DNA from: Azolla caroliniana
Lineage: Eukaryota > Plantae > Polypodiophyta
NCBI GenBank assembly: GCA_043228905.1
Contig: JBHGNT010000002.1
Span: 4,774,001 to 4,838,000, forward strand
DNA length: 64,000 nucleotides
Direction of reading: 5' to 3'
The translations under genes were made by a program, and so were the position numbers. The notes beneath the pieces are model-generated. The model saw nothing but the letters and a program-made list of their open reading frames with translations. It searched no databases and was not told where the DNA came from. The first letter of the stretch is position 1. The number at the start of each line of letters is the position of its first letter. This document shows positions 23,039 through 35,600 of the stretch, in pieces.

Positions 23039-23701
23039 CTACCGTGAGGAATCTCTTCCTCGTATGTTCGATCGGTCTGTCGAACCTTGTACTACATAAG
23101 CGTCGTCTGTTGAGTCTTTGGCGAAAGACTTTCTCCGAGCTGCTTCGGTCAGGATTGCGCTCGTGACTTCGGAGTATTTAACAGCTGTGGTTGACGCGTT
23201 GCACACGGTTGTGACGAAAGTTTCCCATGATGAGGGAAGGCTACTCATGAGTATCATTGCTCTGAGTTCATCCTCGATTGCCGTCCCCTGAGATGAGATT
23301 TGGGAGCTTATGCTTTCGTACTCATTGAGATGTGCTTGAACCGAATCTGATTCTTTCATCCGCAAGTTGTAGAGGCGCCGAATCAGAAACATCTTCGTCG
23401 CAGCGACCTTCTTTTCGTAGGTGTCCGACAGTGTTTTCCACAGTTCGAATGCTGTCGTACACGATTGCACCGTAAAGTATACCGATTCCGATAGGTGCAT
23501 CCGAATCGTGGCGCGGACGATTCTGTCCAGCTTCTGCCACTCAATTGGTTTGTATCCTTCTGGAGGTTCTTCATTTTCGATGGGATCGATTTGCCCCTTG
23601 ACGATGAGATAGTCCTGCATTTGCTCCTTCCAGAAGTTGAAGTTCGATCCATCGAACTTTCGTAGACTCATTTCTGACGAGCCGGATGTTGATGCCATCA
23701 A
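23039..23701 (-). CDS. gag: Copia-D gag (N-terminal part, ends at a premature TAG before the zinc knuckle)
   Basis: KFDGSNFNFWK and LPSSWETFV Copia gag motifs; CNYCKKPGHIKADC follows in frame after the stop. Confidence 0.88.
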   Translation of the reverse strand: MMASTSGSSEMSLRKFDGSNFNFWKEQMQDYLIVKGQIDPIENEEPPEGYKPIEWQKLDRIVRATIRMHLSESVYFTVQSCTTAFELWKTLSDTYEKKVAATKMFLIRRLYNLRMKESDSVQAHLNEYESISSQISSQGTAIEDELRAMILMSSLPSSWETFVTTVCNASTTAVKYSEVTSAILTEAARRKSFAKDSTDDAYVVQGSTDRSNIRGRDSSR

Positions 23702-24689
23702 ATTTGGTTTCGGTTGATGAAGCTCGGTTCGGGGTTGACTACGAACCTTGTTGGAGTGCAGCCGGTTGGCTCACCCGATATCGTTCTAGTCGGATTTGAA
23801 CCCGAGTCGGTTTGGCTTCGGATATATGTATTGTTGAACTTGCTCGAATTGACTCCGGTGACTTGAGGGACAGAACCGACTGGTCTTCCCGAATGTTGCC
23901 GAGTCGGAGTGAGCCCGGTTCGCTTCCGAATATATATGCCAAATACCGATTATTGAAACCGATTGTCTGGACCGATTCTGCTTCGGGTGACTGCAGCGAC
24001 GAGAGAGACGGATCCAACTGATCCTCCCGAATGTCGATCAGCCGGATGAAGCACGAATTTGGGTTGTTGTCTTGAGACCGATCTGCACCGAGTGGTTACA
24101 ATGAGCGGCGAGCAGCGTTTGATGACCTCTTCGGATGCCGTTTAACCGAGTGGAGCACGATCGTGTCAATGTTGCACAAGGGGATTTCACCTCGAGCGGT
24201 TACGATCACAAAGAACAGAGTACAACCTGCTGGCTTACTCCAAGCGAAGATGACCTAACGCGATGAGATGCAAGCCTCGTTTTTCTTCTTCTTCTCTCTT
24301 CTTCGAATGACGCAAGAAACCGAATGCTGTGCAGGCTGAGATGACGGCCGACAGCGGGATGAAGGACCGAATACTGTGCAGGCTCTGATACCAGATGTTG
24401 AAGACAAAGGCCGTCAATGCGGAAGATCAAATAGCATTCGATTCGTGGTTGAGTACCTGCGTATGACAGTTTCCAAGATCGTGCACAGAGAGAGAGAGAG
24501 AGAGAGACACAAAAGGCTTTCTATTCAATATCAACAATAATACAACAACCTTACAAAAAGGTTACAAGGTCACTATATATAGTGACCGACTTAGGGCAAC
24601 TACCATTTATGCTAATTACACAAATGGCCCAAACTTGATCTATACAGAGGGATAGTGTGAATACGTCCATTATACACTTGTATTTGACA

Positions 24690-27600
24690 CCGTTGTCGTT
24701 GGTGCTTTGTACCACGTAAGGCCCGAACCACCTTCTTGTGAACTTCCGTGTCGCTCGGTGCTGGTTGTCGAGGCTGCTGTCATAGACTAGCACCCAGTCG
24801 CCTTCCTCGATCTTCTCCGGTCGGAGCCGGTGCGTTCAGTCGAACCGGGCTTTGTTCCTCATCCTTGCATCCCGAAGCTTTCCCGCAGCCTGCTCCATGT
24901 CCTCCGGCCTTCGCTCGAGCTGACGTATGCGCGCTGCCAATAGTTCCTCCCGGCTCATCTCGTCTCTCCAGTCCACGGTTGCCCATGAGGAGATCGTACG
25001 TTCCATTGGCATGATCGGCTTTTGCCCAAACATGAGCTCTGCCGGCATGAATCCGGTTACCGAACTGTGCGTAGTTCGGTCCGCCCACAACGCGTAAGGC
25101 AGCAGCCGCGGCCAATTCCCGACTTGACCTCTGCATGCCTGAACTAATGCCTTGACGATCGGTCCATGTCCGCACTCCACCTTCCCATTCGCCTCCGGAT
25201 TGTACGCAGTGGTAAGCGAGAGCTTGACTCCTAGCCGGTCGAATAGCTCCTCGGCCTCCTCGGCGTCCAACTCCCCGCGATCAGCCACGATTTTCCCGAC
25301 GCACCCGTACCGGCATATCACGTCCTCAATCAGGAACCGACATACGGCCGCGGTCGTTTTGTTCTGAAGGGCTCGGCCTTCTACCTGGTTCGTCAGATCT
25401 TCTCGAGCCAAGACCAGATACCGCATTTGTCCTACTCCCATCGGCATCGTCACCAGGTCTACCATCCATTTGAAGTGGATGGTCGGAGGGTACGTAGGGT
25501 GAAGCTCGTCCCGATGTCGGACTACGGAGTGCATCTGACAGCTCTCGCAAATCGTCACGAACCGATGCACGTCCCGATACAGTCCCGGCCACCAGTACTT
25601 CCCCTTTATCTTCTCGAACGTGGCCCACGTTCCTCGGTGTCCAGCCCAAGGGCTGTCGTGGTAGGCCGTCAGCAGCTCCTCATGTTCTTCCTTCATCGCC
25701 ACCACCCGGAGCGGAACGCCGTTCCTCTTCTTCAGGTGCTTCCATAAGTATCCGTCCCGGAGAACGAATCGGTATGCTTTCTTCCGGATCCGGTTGGCCT
25801 CGTCTCTCGTCCATGACGCATCCGGCGTCATTGTCCTCAAGAAACCACCGATCTACAGCCACTCGCCGTCGTACTTGCTCTCGTCGAAGCCGTTAAGTGC
25901 CGGAGTGCTCGTCCCATCGGTCGTCACGTACGCTGCCTCGAAGAAGTCCACGCCGACTTCTTCGTCCTCCGAAACCATGCCGCCCTCGTCATCAAACCTC
26001 ACCCTCGAAAGCATGTCGGCCATGGCGTTGTCCTTTCCGGAAATGTGTCGTATTTCCGAGTCCAGGGACTTAATGTACGCTATCCACCTGAGCATCGCCA
26101 GGTCCGGTGTCGCGCATCCGGAAACCATGCCGAGAATTGGCAGGCAATCCGTCTCGATAATCACTTCCGTCCCGATCAGGTAGTCTTTGTCGGCGTTTAC
26201 TGCCGAAACGATACCCCAGAGTTCGCGTTTAACCTGGGCGTACCCTCGCTGTCGCTCACTGAGGACCTTTGCGCCGAATCGGATCGGGAATGGAATGTCA
26301 TCCCCGTCTTCTTGGTTGACGACCCATCCGATCCCGGTCGGACTCGTATCCACCGTTATGTATACCGGGGTACCCTTCCCGTAGACAGCCTTCCGGAGCG
26401 CCGGTGCTGCCGCAAGAGCTTCCTTCAGCTTCTGGACCGACTCCGTGTGCTCGTCTCGCCACTTGAATTTTCGCCCTTCCTTCAGCAACCCGTATAGCGG
26501 TTCCGCAACGTGGGCGTAATGCGGGATCCATATGTGGTAGAATGCACACGCCCCCAGGAACCTCCGAGCTTCCGTAACCGAGCTACAGTCGGTCTGCATC
26601 GCGGAGATGGCTTCTACCTTTGCCGGAGACGGCTTCCGGCCATATGGTCCACATAGGTGTCCGACCACCAAGATTTATGATTGCCCGAAGGCCGATTTCT
26701 CCCCGGAGAAGGTGAGCCTTGCATCCTCTAACCTTTGTAGCACCTTCTCGCAGTCGTTGATGTGTGTTGTCACGAATCGCCGGCACCCGTCCGGCCCAAG
26801 TGTCTCGTCCTTCTCTTCCACCGGGCACCCTTTTATCGGGATGTCGTCTAGAAATGGCATGGTGATGTCCGGGATGCAATCCCTCAGTACCTTGTTCATT
26901 GCATTCACCATGTGGGCCACCGAGTTGGTCCCTCCTTGTGGTAGGGTACACATTCGCACTAGGCCGAGGGGAGTTCGCATCGTCGTAATGTCTCTGCTCT
27001 CCACGGCTAGCTGGAACTGGTCGTACCCCGAGTACAGATCACCGACCGAATAAATCGACCTTCCGGCGAAGGCCTCCACGAACTCGTCTATGGTCGGTCT
27101 GATTCCTGCGTTTCGAATGGTCACTCTGTTGACCGGCTGCAGGTCTTGAATGAAGCGCAATGTTCCGTTTTTCTTTGGTACGGTAAACCATCGGTTCAAG
27201 TATGGGGCACTTGACGGTTCGAGAATGCCCATATCGACTTTTTGCCTCAATAGCTCCATCAACTTCGGGATGTGAGCTCTCGGTATTGGAATCGGCTTGA
27301 GATTCCACGGTACATGTGGTACCGTGAATATCACCATCGGCTCCACGATTTTCGGGTCTACGCACCCGATCTCTCCCGGTGAGAATGCGAAAGCTTTCCC
27401 GTGTCGTCCGAGCATTCTCCGAAACCGGTCTTCCTCCGCCGGCAGTAGGAACCCGCCCCCACCGATTTTGAGCTCCCGGAGCGTCCCGTCGGTGAAGGTG
27501 TGTCCTATGCAGACCGGATCTCGTAAACTGGAGTCCGACGCAACCCCTCTGATTCGGGACTCACTGCCCTCCGGTAAGGGTGCCGCGACTGGCCTTACCT

Positions 27601-27883
27601 TCCGGTCCACAGTCTTGTACTTCGTGCTAACTCGGGCCGTCCGATCCGACCCGAGCCCCTGACTGAAGTTCGTGATGACTTCGTACATCTCTTCGGAACA
27701 TACCGGTATCGTCCGGTCTTCATTAAGGTCTTCTCCGACTACCTTCCTCAGCATCCCCAAGGTGTCGTCGAAGGAGACCGCCTCCACGGCTCCACTGATT
27801 TCCTCGTCCGGGCCGAGAACTCCGCACACTTGAAGTCGCTCCTCCGCCCTTGCCCTTTCTCGGCCAACGATGCCGACTATCAT
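24690..27883 (-). pseudogene. pol: Gypsy-2 pol (RT-RH-IN) with in-frame stops; its C-terminus lies at 19009-19179
   Basis: ORFs 26675-27883, 25853-26671 and 24836-25840 are highly similar to 3734-7090. Confidence 0.93.
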
Positions 27884-27987
27884 ACACCCTTCGTTGTTGG
27901 AGAAGCAAAATTTCCTACCTATCGTACAGATGTGGGGTCTTTCCCGAGTGTCCGGACTGTCTCGGCCCCACGCCTTGGCAGCCCTCT

Positions 27988-30141
27988 CTAAAAATCCTCT
28001 CGGTTCTCGCCACTGAGGGATTCGCGGTTTCGCTCGTGGTTCGGCCGCACCGTTAGAAATTGGACCGAATGGCGCCCGTCCTGGCTTTTGACCCTCACGT
28101 AGGCCGAACCGTTGTTCAGCACCTTGGTCTCCATTCGCGCCGCCGTGATGTATGGTTCCCCTAATATGACCGGGTGCGAGGACGTCTCCTGTACGAAGAA
28201 GTGCTGGTCAATCTCGACGTCGCCGATCTTGACCCGCACGTTCGGGCAGGCCCCGTGCAGTTCCTCGGTGGCGCGCATCGCCGCCCGTATCTTCCACCCG
28301 TGCTCGGTGTTGATCGGCCATTTTCGTTTCTTATAGAAGTCCATGGACATCAGGTTTATTACCGAACCGTGGTCCACCAATGCCACCACCGGTTCCTGAA
28401 CATCTCCGATCTTTACCGGGGTCTCCGTGGTCGCTCGGGCCCAGTGTGGCCTCGAATAGTGGCTCTCCGCCCACTCATCTTCCAGCGCCAAGTCGTCGAT
28501 GTGCGTCGTCCGCACCTCCACCGGTCTCTCCGGTTCCGTCGACGTCGACAGCCTCTTCCGCTTCACCAAGTCCACAATGGAGTCGTGGAACTCCTTCTTA
28601 GTGATCCCTAGCACCTCTCGCAATGACAGCTCCACTTTGCTGTCGAGGATCCGCTCTTCTAGGACCTTTCGTAGGTCCGTGGTCCTTCCTATTTCCGTCC
28701 CCAGTCGGTATCCGCCCTTCCTGGGGTTATCTTGCGCGCTGGACCCACCGGCATCGTTCTGTCGTTGCCCGAATCGGGTCTCGTATCGTTGTGAGGGCCC
28801 GGCCGCTCCGGCTTTCCCCACTTGTTTGTCTTCCACCAGAGCCTCGTAGTTCCGGCAGGCGGCTTCTACGAAGCCCGTCTTCTCCTCGACCGAGTCGCTC
28901 CACCCGGTTATTTCCCGGACCCGTCTCTCAGCGCGGTCCGCTTCATCTTCCCTCAGCCGTGCGCCGGCGAGGCCTTCCAGCATCGCCGACCAGAATCCGT
29001 CTTTGCTCTCCTTTCGGGCCTCACTGCCCCCGACCCGAATACCGGCCGACGCCGAGTAGTGGATGGCCTCCACGTGTCGGGCCGCTGCCTCTTCCATCAG
29101 TCTCTTCATACCTCCTCGCCCGTCGTTTCGGTTTAGGGCCCTTCTGGTATCGCCGGCATGCACCCGGCCTTCCCACAGGTACACCACCCGGTTCCTCAAC
29201 GCCTCTGCGAAATCGCCGCAGTCCTTCCGAATGTGGCCGACCTCGTCGCACCACATGCACCTGTTCCCTGCTGCCGGTCGTCGGTCACGAGCCGGTTCGC
29301 CGCCTTCCCTTCGAGTCCGGGCGATCTGGAGATCCTTTATCGCCCGCGTCAACTCCTCTAGCGCTGCTCCTCCGGATGAGTCATTGACCATGCCGGTCGA
29401 AGCCGAACCGGTTTCGAGCCACTCCCGGGTCTCTGCCCTTCGCCCTTGTGGTGCCGGCTCAAGCCTCCTTGCTGTGACAGAGCCCGCTCCGGTCGCCTCG
29501 TTGTCAGCCCATTCTCGCCGTTTGTCAAAACGGCCACAGACTCTCTTAACCGCAGCCCAGTCGGTCGTCAGCCCGTCTTCGGTTTCCAGCAAGGAGCCGA
29601 CTTGATCCCGGTCCCGCTCGTCCACCGACTTGACGAATAGTAGGACCCGGCTCGTATCCAGAACGGTTCGGTCAAGCGCCGAAAGGCGCGCAAAGCGTTC
29701 CTCAAACTCCCGGAGGAGTGCCGACGCGTTTCTTCCCTTGCCGGGGGACTCCACCCATTCCACGAAGTCCCGTTTCGAAAGCCGGAGCGCGTCGTCCAGC
29801 CCGTATTTCTCTAGGAGTCGGCCTTCGAACTCCTCCCAGGTACGGCTCTCCGCCCGTACCCCGAGCACCTCCGCATGGATGCTCGGCATCGCCACTCGAG
29901 GGAACCCGACAAGACGCCTCTCTTCCGGAATGTCCCGCATCAACATTTCTGCCCCGTAGGACGCCAAATACTTCGTGGCATCCTTTCCGCTGAACCGGCC
30001 GATCGTACCGACGACCACCTCAATGGCTCTGTCGAGGGCGTCGGTGCCCTCGCGTGCACTCAATATCCGATCCACGGCCGACGCCATGGCCTCCGCAAGA
30101 TCTGACCCCTTCATCTTCTGCTCTTCTGCCGCCTCCTTCAC
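27988..30141 (-). CDS. gag: Gypsy-2 gag-protease
   Basis: Homologous to 7213-9366 (CMWCDEVGHIRKDC, LVDHGS). The ORF-track extension to 30636 runs through the LTR. Confidence 0.9.
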   Translation of the reverse strand: MKEAAEEQKMKGSDLAEAMASAVDRILSAREGTDALDRAIEVVVGTIGRFSGKDATKYLASYGAEMLMRDIPEERRLVGFPRVAMPSIHAEVLGVRAESRTWEEFEGRLLEKYGLDDALRLSKRDFVEWVESPGKGRNASALLREFEERFARLSALDRTVLDTSRVLLFVKSVDERDRDQVGSLLETEDGLTTDWAAVKRVCGRFDKRREWADNEATGAGSVTARRLEPAPQGRRAETREWLETGSASTGMVNDSSGGAALEELTRAIKDLQIARTRREGGEPARDRRPAAGNRCMWCDEVGHIRKDCGDFAEALRNRVVYLWEGRVHAGDTRRALNRNDGRGGMKRLMEEAAARHVEAIHYSASAGIRVGGSEARKESKDGFWSAMLEGLAGARLREDEADRAERRVREITGWSDSVEEKTGFVEAACRNYEALVEDKQVGKAGAAGPSQRYETRFGQRQNDAGGSSAQDNPRKGGYRLGTEIGRTTDLRKVLEERILDSKVELSLREVLGITKKEFHDSIVDLVKRKRLSTSTEPERPVEVRTTHIDDLALEDEWAESHYSRPHWARATTETPVKIGDVQEPVVALVDHGSVINLMSMDFYKKRKWPINTEHGWKIRAAMRATEELHGACPNVRVKIGDVEIDQHFFVQETSSHPVILGEPYITAARMETKVLNNGSAYVRVKSQDGRHSVQFLTVRPNHERNRESLSGENREDF

Positions 30142-30880
30142 GTCGGGTTCACCAAGATGTCGAGATATTCCTCGCGGATGCGTGAAATGAGGCGGGACAT
30201 CGGGGGTCTTGCACCGAAAAGCAAGAGAGAAAGGAGAAGGGAAGAGACCCACTACGTGCGAGCATAGATTCTCAGGGACACGGCCCTCGACACAAAGACG
30301 CGAGTGGGACACCGACGCAGAGAGACACGAATGTATGTATATATATATTAACAAGGACAAACAACAAGAAGCACGAAGTCGGTTACAATCCGAACAGGCC
30401 GGCGAACAGATGCCGATGCCTGTTCGTAAACGCACAGAAAGAAGGGAGTAGGTTGGAGGTGCTGCCGGAAGCAGTCGGGCATTCCTCAGAGCAGCGCGAG
30501 CCTCCCGAAACCTGCACAGAAAGAAGCTATGGAGTTTGGAAGAGAGAGAAGCCTTCGGCCGACAACCCGACAACACTTCTTCCTCTCTAACCGCGATCCC
30601 TTCCCCCCTCCTCGTCTCCCTCCTTTTTATAGGCAAGGAAGGAGCCGTTTCCCATTAACTTCCTACCTACCGAATCTACCTACCTAGGATCTTCTATGTA
30701 CAACATAAGGCGTACGTGCATGAAGAGCCGGTTCCTACGCTCCGGTGCACCGATTCCGCTTGTGGACGGTTTTCTTCACGACAACGCGTTCATCCCCAGG
30801 GAGAAAAGGACATGGTTGGCACCCCATGCAACGAAATGCATATTTCTCGGTTATGGAACCAATGGGGATTTTGGCTACCG

Positions 30881-32198
30881 AAATGCATGCAATAGAGAAG
30901 GGCCTTACCGAGCGGAGCAGGAGGCCATCGGAATCAAGCTCGAAGATGACGACGGAGCAAAGGGCCTTACCGAGGATTGGTCGAAAGTCGAACGAGTATG
31001 CCATCTATTGGATGAGGAGAGGTCCGCGAAAGGAAAAGGCAAGATGACGCGTGACGGTGCCTCATCACAGTAGGGAGTGATCGCGCAACGAGACGGAATG
31101 GCGAAGATCTCGATGTCGAGGCCCTGGTTTGGTAAGCGTATAAGGCTCTGAAGGTGATGACCACCTACGCCACCAAGGAGTTGGTGGCTATGGACAAGTC
31201 ATCGGAGGGCGAACATACAAAATCATTCTCCGCACCGTTTCCGAAGACTTCGGTAGTTCGGATGCCATGGCAACCTAAGATCGGAGAGATGGAAGATGGT
31301 GGCGGGAACGCCAAGGAGAAGGACGACGACAAGTCGGAGGTCACACGGAGAGATCCCTCCACACCGTTTCCGGAGACTTCTGTAGTTTGGCCAACGTGTC
31401 TCACGTCGGCTCAATCTCCAGGTTAATTGTGAGGAGAGAACGATGGTGGCGGTGAGAGAACGGGGTTCTGCAATGCGGAGAAGTGCTGACGAAGCGGTTC
31501 CCCCACACCAGATCTGGAGATTTCGGCAGTTGAGCTCGTGTGCCGAAGTGAGACCGGAGAGATGGAAGGTGGTGGCGAGAGGACATGGCCCGAGGTCAAC
31601 GTGCACGAAAGAAAGGATGAGACCGGCGAGGCGGCCAAAGATGAGACCACGGCGGGTGCAAAAGACGAAATCGAGCGAGTCTGATCCGAACAAGTGACGA
31701 GTGGACCCAAGTAGAGGTGGATGCAACAAGGGCCTTTAAGCCCAGACAAAGACAGATGTGGAGATCGACAGTCGAGAACGGAGAGATGGAAGGCAGCATC
31801 GAGGATTCCTAGCACGATGCCAACGCAGATCGATTGGAGATGGCCTGCGAGGAGGCCAAGGATGGAGCTGCGATGGAGAGAAATGTAGAGGCAAGAGGCG
31901 GGACCGAAAGAAGTGGAGTCGGAAGTCCCGTCCAACCGGGAATTCAATCCCATCGGCGTTTCATTTCGGATGGGGCACGATCTGGGCATGGATCGTTCGA
32001 TCGAAACCGGGCCGAAATGCAAAGAACAACGAGGCCAAGTGGGTCAATCGGGCGAAGAAGGTGTTCTTCGAAGCAGAGGGGACCGACTCGGGAGTCAGGG
32101 GAAATGTGTGCTGACCCGAAGAGGTACACAATGAAGAGCGGAACGAGATGTGTTCAATGTGGCTGTTTAAGGGCTTAGTAGCGAGCACAGAGGGGATC
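30881..32198 (+). other. Degenerate retroelement-derived segment with a gag fragment related to Gypsy-1 and Gypsy-2
   Basis: EQEAIGIKLEDDDGAKGLTEDWSKVERVC resembles REHVGLLLETEDGLTTDWAAVRKVC of the Gypsy gag; GC-rich; internal 24-bp repeat at about 31235 and 31364. Confidence 0.5.
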
Positions 32199-32653
32199 TG
32201 TTACAGTTATGATTTAATGTAAGTATATGATAAGGATATAAGAAATAACAAATAAGAAAGGATAGAGAGAAAGAAGGGTGTTGATTCACTCGACCACCCC
32301 CGAGGGAAGGGATCGATACAGGCTCGAGCCTCGATCAGTGTCCCATACCACTGTCGTGGCGTCGAGTCGTACCTAGTGCTAGCACGCTCACTACAAGAGT
32401 TGACCCACCACGAAACAGAGCCTCTACATAGTCAAGAGATTATGAAATGAGGGTAGCTAGGCCTCATATTTATAGCCAGACCGAAGGGCCCCATGCAAGT
32501 TCACAATTGGCCTAATGGGTTGTCTCAATCCTAAGGATTAAAAGTAATCCTCCCCTTCTTTATACTCTCGTTTAACCCTCACACTTTATCCAGATGTATA
32601 GAATACTACGGTAAATTCTCACCATGGGATATTATATGGTCATGGCCGTAACA
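32199..32653 (-). repeat. 3' LTR of a minus-strand chromovirus whose PPT and chromodomain lie at 38111-38230
   Basis: TGTTAC..GTAACA termini; TATAAATA on the minus strand near 32470. Removing Copia-C joins it to the PPT AGAGGGGGAG. Confidence 0.75.
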
Positions 32654-32655
32654 TA

Positions 32656-35600
32656 TGAGGAGAAATGCACGGAATATCGCTCGGCCACAACCAAGTAGTA
32701 AATCACTTCTATAAGAATCAAACACAGAAATGGGAAGTGGGGAGTACACAAGAAAATGACACAAGATGTTTACGTGGAAAACTCCAATAGGGAAAAACCA
32801 CGGGAACCCACAGACTCCGAACTATCACTATGAAGAGAAGGGGTACAACCAAAGACTTGGAGGCAATGACCTGGATCTCAGTTTCTTCGCACAGTGGCAG
32901 TTGCAACAGATTATCGTTATGTATCTCTCTCTCTCTCTCCCTCTCTCTCTGTACAACAGCTACAACAATATGACAACACTGTCATACAATCATACATTTA
33001 AAGTGATTAAAATGACACAAGATCTTTACATGGAAAACCCTAATAGGGAAAAACCACGGGAGCCCACAGACTCCGAACTATCACTATGAAGAGAAGGAGT
33101 ACAACCAGAGACTTGGAGGCAACGACCTCGAGCTCAGCTTCTTCGCATAGTGGCGGTTGCAACAGAGTATCGCTCTGTATCTCTCTCTCTCTCTCTCCCT
33201 CTCTCTGTACAACAGTTACAACAATATGACAACAACACTCTCACACAATCGTACATTTAAAGTGATTGCCCTAAGTCATATTTATAGTTATATGAACTTA
33301 GGGCTATTTACAAATATAGCCTCAATGGGCTTATTCAAGACATATTTACAAAACTGTCTTCTCTTCCGGTTCTCATCGGGTCCACTGATCCGATTTCCAG
33401 ATCTCCTCCGGTTCTCACCGGGTCCTCTTTATTCATCACCGGATCCCATTCGGAGAGACCGATTTCCCAACAATCTCCCCCTTCACTCCGGTATGGGATG
33501 TCTTGTAAGTCTGATCCGCTTTCAGCATGTGTCCAGCTTGTCGGGTGTCAGCACCTTGGTCAGCATATCCGACCCATTCTCCTCCGTGTGGATCTTCGTC
33601 AGCACGAACTCTCCATCTTCAACTTGCTCTCGGATCCAGTGGTACCTATGCTGGATGTGCTTCATTCTGGAATGGTATGTCACGTTCTTTGCAAGGTGGA
33701 TGGCACTTTGACTATCGCAGTAGAGCCGGTATTCCTCTTGCCGGATCTCTAGCTCTCCGATGAAGTCCTTCATCCATAATATTTCCTTGTCGGCTTCCAC
33801 GACTGCCATGTACTCCGCCTCTGTGATTGACAACGCAACCATCTTTTGCAACCTCGACTGCCACGAAACGGCTCCCCCTGCATAGGTCATGACATATCCG
33901 GAAGTTGATCGGTTGGTGTCCACATCAGCCGACATATCCGAATCGGTAAAGCCTTCCATGAGGGGTTTATCGAAGCCGAATCGGAGGCACATACTCAAAG
34001 TGCCCTTCAAGTACCGGAGTATCCATTTTACCGCATTCGAGTGCTCTTTTCCAGGGTTGGTCATGAACTGACTCACCACTCTGACTGCGTATCGAATATC
34101 CGGTCGAGTACACATCATTTCATACATCAAGCTCCCGACCGTAGAGGCATATGGAATCTTCATCATATCCGCCTTCTCTGTCTTTGTCTTCAGGCTTTGC
34201 TTACCGGATAGTCTGCAGTTTGCCGGGAGTGTCGATCCGACCGGTTTTGCTTCTAACATGTTAAACCGCTAAAGGACCTTGTCACATACTTTTCTTGTGA
34301 CAGCCACAATTGCTTCTTCGACCGGTCCCGAATGATGTGCATTCCTAGTATCTGTCTTGCCGGACCCAAGTCTTTCATTGAGAAGGTCCGGTTAAGGGCG
34401 TTCTTCAGCATCCGTATCTTGACTTGGTCTCGTCCAACGATCAGCATGTCTTCCACATATAGGAGCAATATCAGGAAATCTCCTCCGTCAAATTTCTTCA
34501 CAAACATGCAATGATCGGCCTTCGTCTTGTGGTACCCTTGATCGGTCATGAAGGAGTCAAACTTCCGGTACCATTGCCAGGGAGCTTGCTTCAGTCCGTA
34601 TAAGCTCTTCTTCAGCCAGCACACCAGGTGCTCTTCCCTTTCTTCTCAAATCCTTCCGGTTGATGCATGTAGATCTCTTATTCGAGGTCTCCATGTAGGA
34701 ATGTCGTCTTGACGTCCAGTTGCTCTACCTCGAGGTCCATGCTTGCTGGTATGCCCAAGACCGTCCGGATGGATGTTATCTTTACTACCGGGGCAAATAT
34801 CTCATCGAAGTCCACTCCTTGCTTTTGCTGGAAGCCCTTCATCACGATTCTGGCCTTATACCTTGGTGGATTTCCGGTGTCCCCCGGTCTCAGCTTGTAC
34901 ACCCACTTGTTCCGGAGTGCCCTCTTTCCTTTCGGCAACTCCACCAATTCATATGTGTGGTTCTCATGTAGGGAAACCATCTCATCCTGCATGGCACTCA
35001 ACCACTTGCGGCTGTGGGTGTCTCCCCTTGCTTCTTCAAAGCTTTCCGGCTCCCCCTCATCGGTTAGCAACACATGCTCTGCATCTGGAAATCTTTAGGG
35101 GGCTCTTCTCTCCATGAGGGGATATCTCCATCCTTGGTTTCTGACTGTCGGTTCCTCTCCTTGTTCCTCATCCTCATCCGATTCGGGATCTTGTCCGGTT
35201 TCGGTGTCTTCTTCTTCTGCTTCTTCTTCGGTCGGTTCGGTTTCCTGTCCGTATCCGGCCGGTTCGTCAAGTGTCATCCGGTTACCCGCTAACATCCGGT
35301 TTTCAACCGGGTATATCCTTTTGTCCTCAAGCCGGTTTCAATGGATGATCCAGAGTTCGTTACCTTCTTCTTCGACTCCCAGTCGGCAATGGTCTTGTCT
35401 TCCATGAAGACTATATCCCGACTCCGGAACACCTTTCTATCGACCAGATCCCACACCCGGTAACCAAACTCATCATCGCCATATCCAAGGAATATGCATG
35501 GACGGGACTTCGCATCCAGCTTTTCTCTCTTGTCCTTTGCCACATGCACGTATGCAAGACACCTGAACACCTTCAAATGCCGGTAAGACACATCCTTACC

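Larger units (their letters stand above)
19180..24689 (-). mobile_element. Young full-length Ty1/Copia (Copia-D) inserted in the Gypsy-2 integrase C-terminus
   Basis: 294-bp LTRs 19180-19473 and 24396-24689 with one mismatch seen; TSD CCGTT; PBS TGGTATCAGAGCC at 24381-24393. Confidence 0.97.
18324..30783 (-). mobile_element. Full-length Gypsy-2 (sister subfamily of Gypsy-1), interrupted by Copia-D
   Basis: LTRs 18324-18935 (612 bp) and 30158-30783 (626 bp); 4-bp TSD ACGC; tRNA-Trp PBS; gag-PR intact; pol broken by stops. Confidence 0.95.
2782..30880 (+). mobile_element. Old Ty1/Copia element (Copia-A), 3'-truncated, hosting three nested insertions
   Basis: 5' LTR 2782-2869 plus 10181-~10369; PBS TGGTATTAGAG (tRNA-Met-like) at 10372; gag from ATG 10465 (MASTSGTGVEIRKFDGKNFSLWK); protease WLLDSGATFH; integrase pieces 17835-18323 and 30784-30880 (KCIFLGYG). 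Many stops; no RT or 3' LTR seen. Confidence 0.85.

Noticed and set aside
30142-30636. N-terminal extension of the Gypsy-2 gag ORF through the 5' LTR
   Set aside because: It starts at a TTG overlapping the TATA box and is not open in Gypsy-1; probably a chance open frame.
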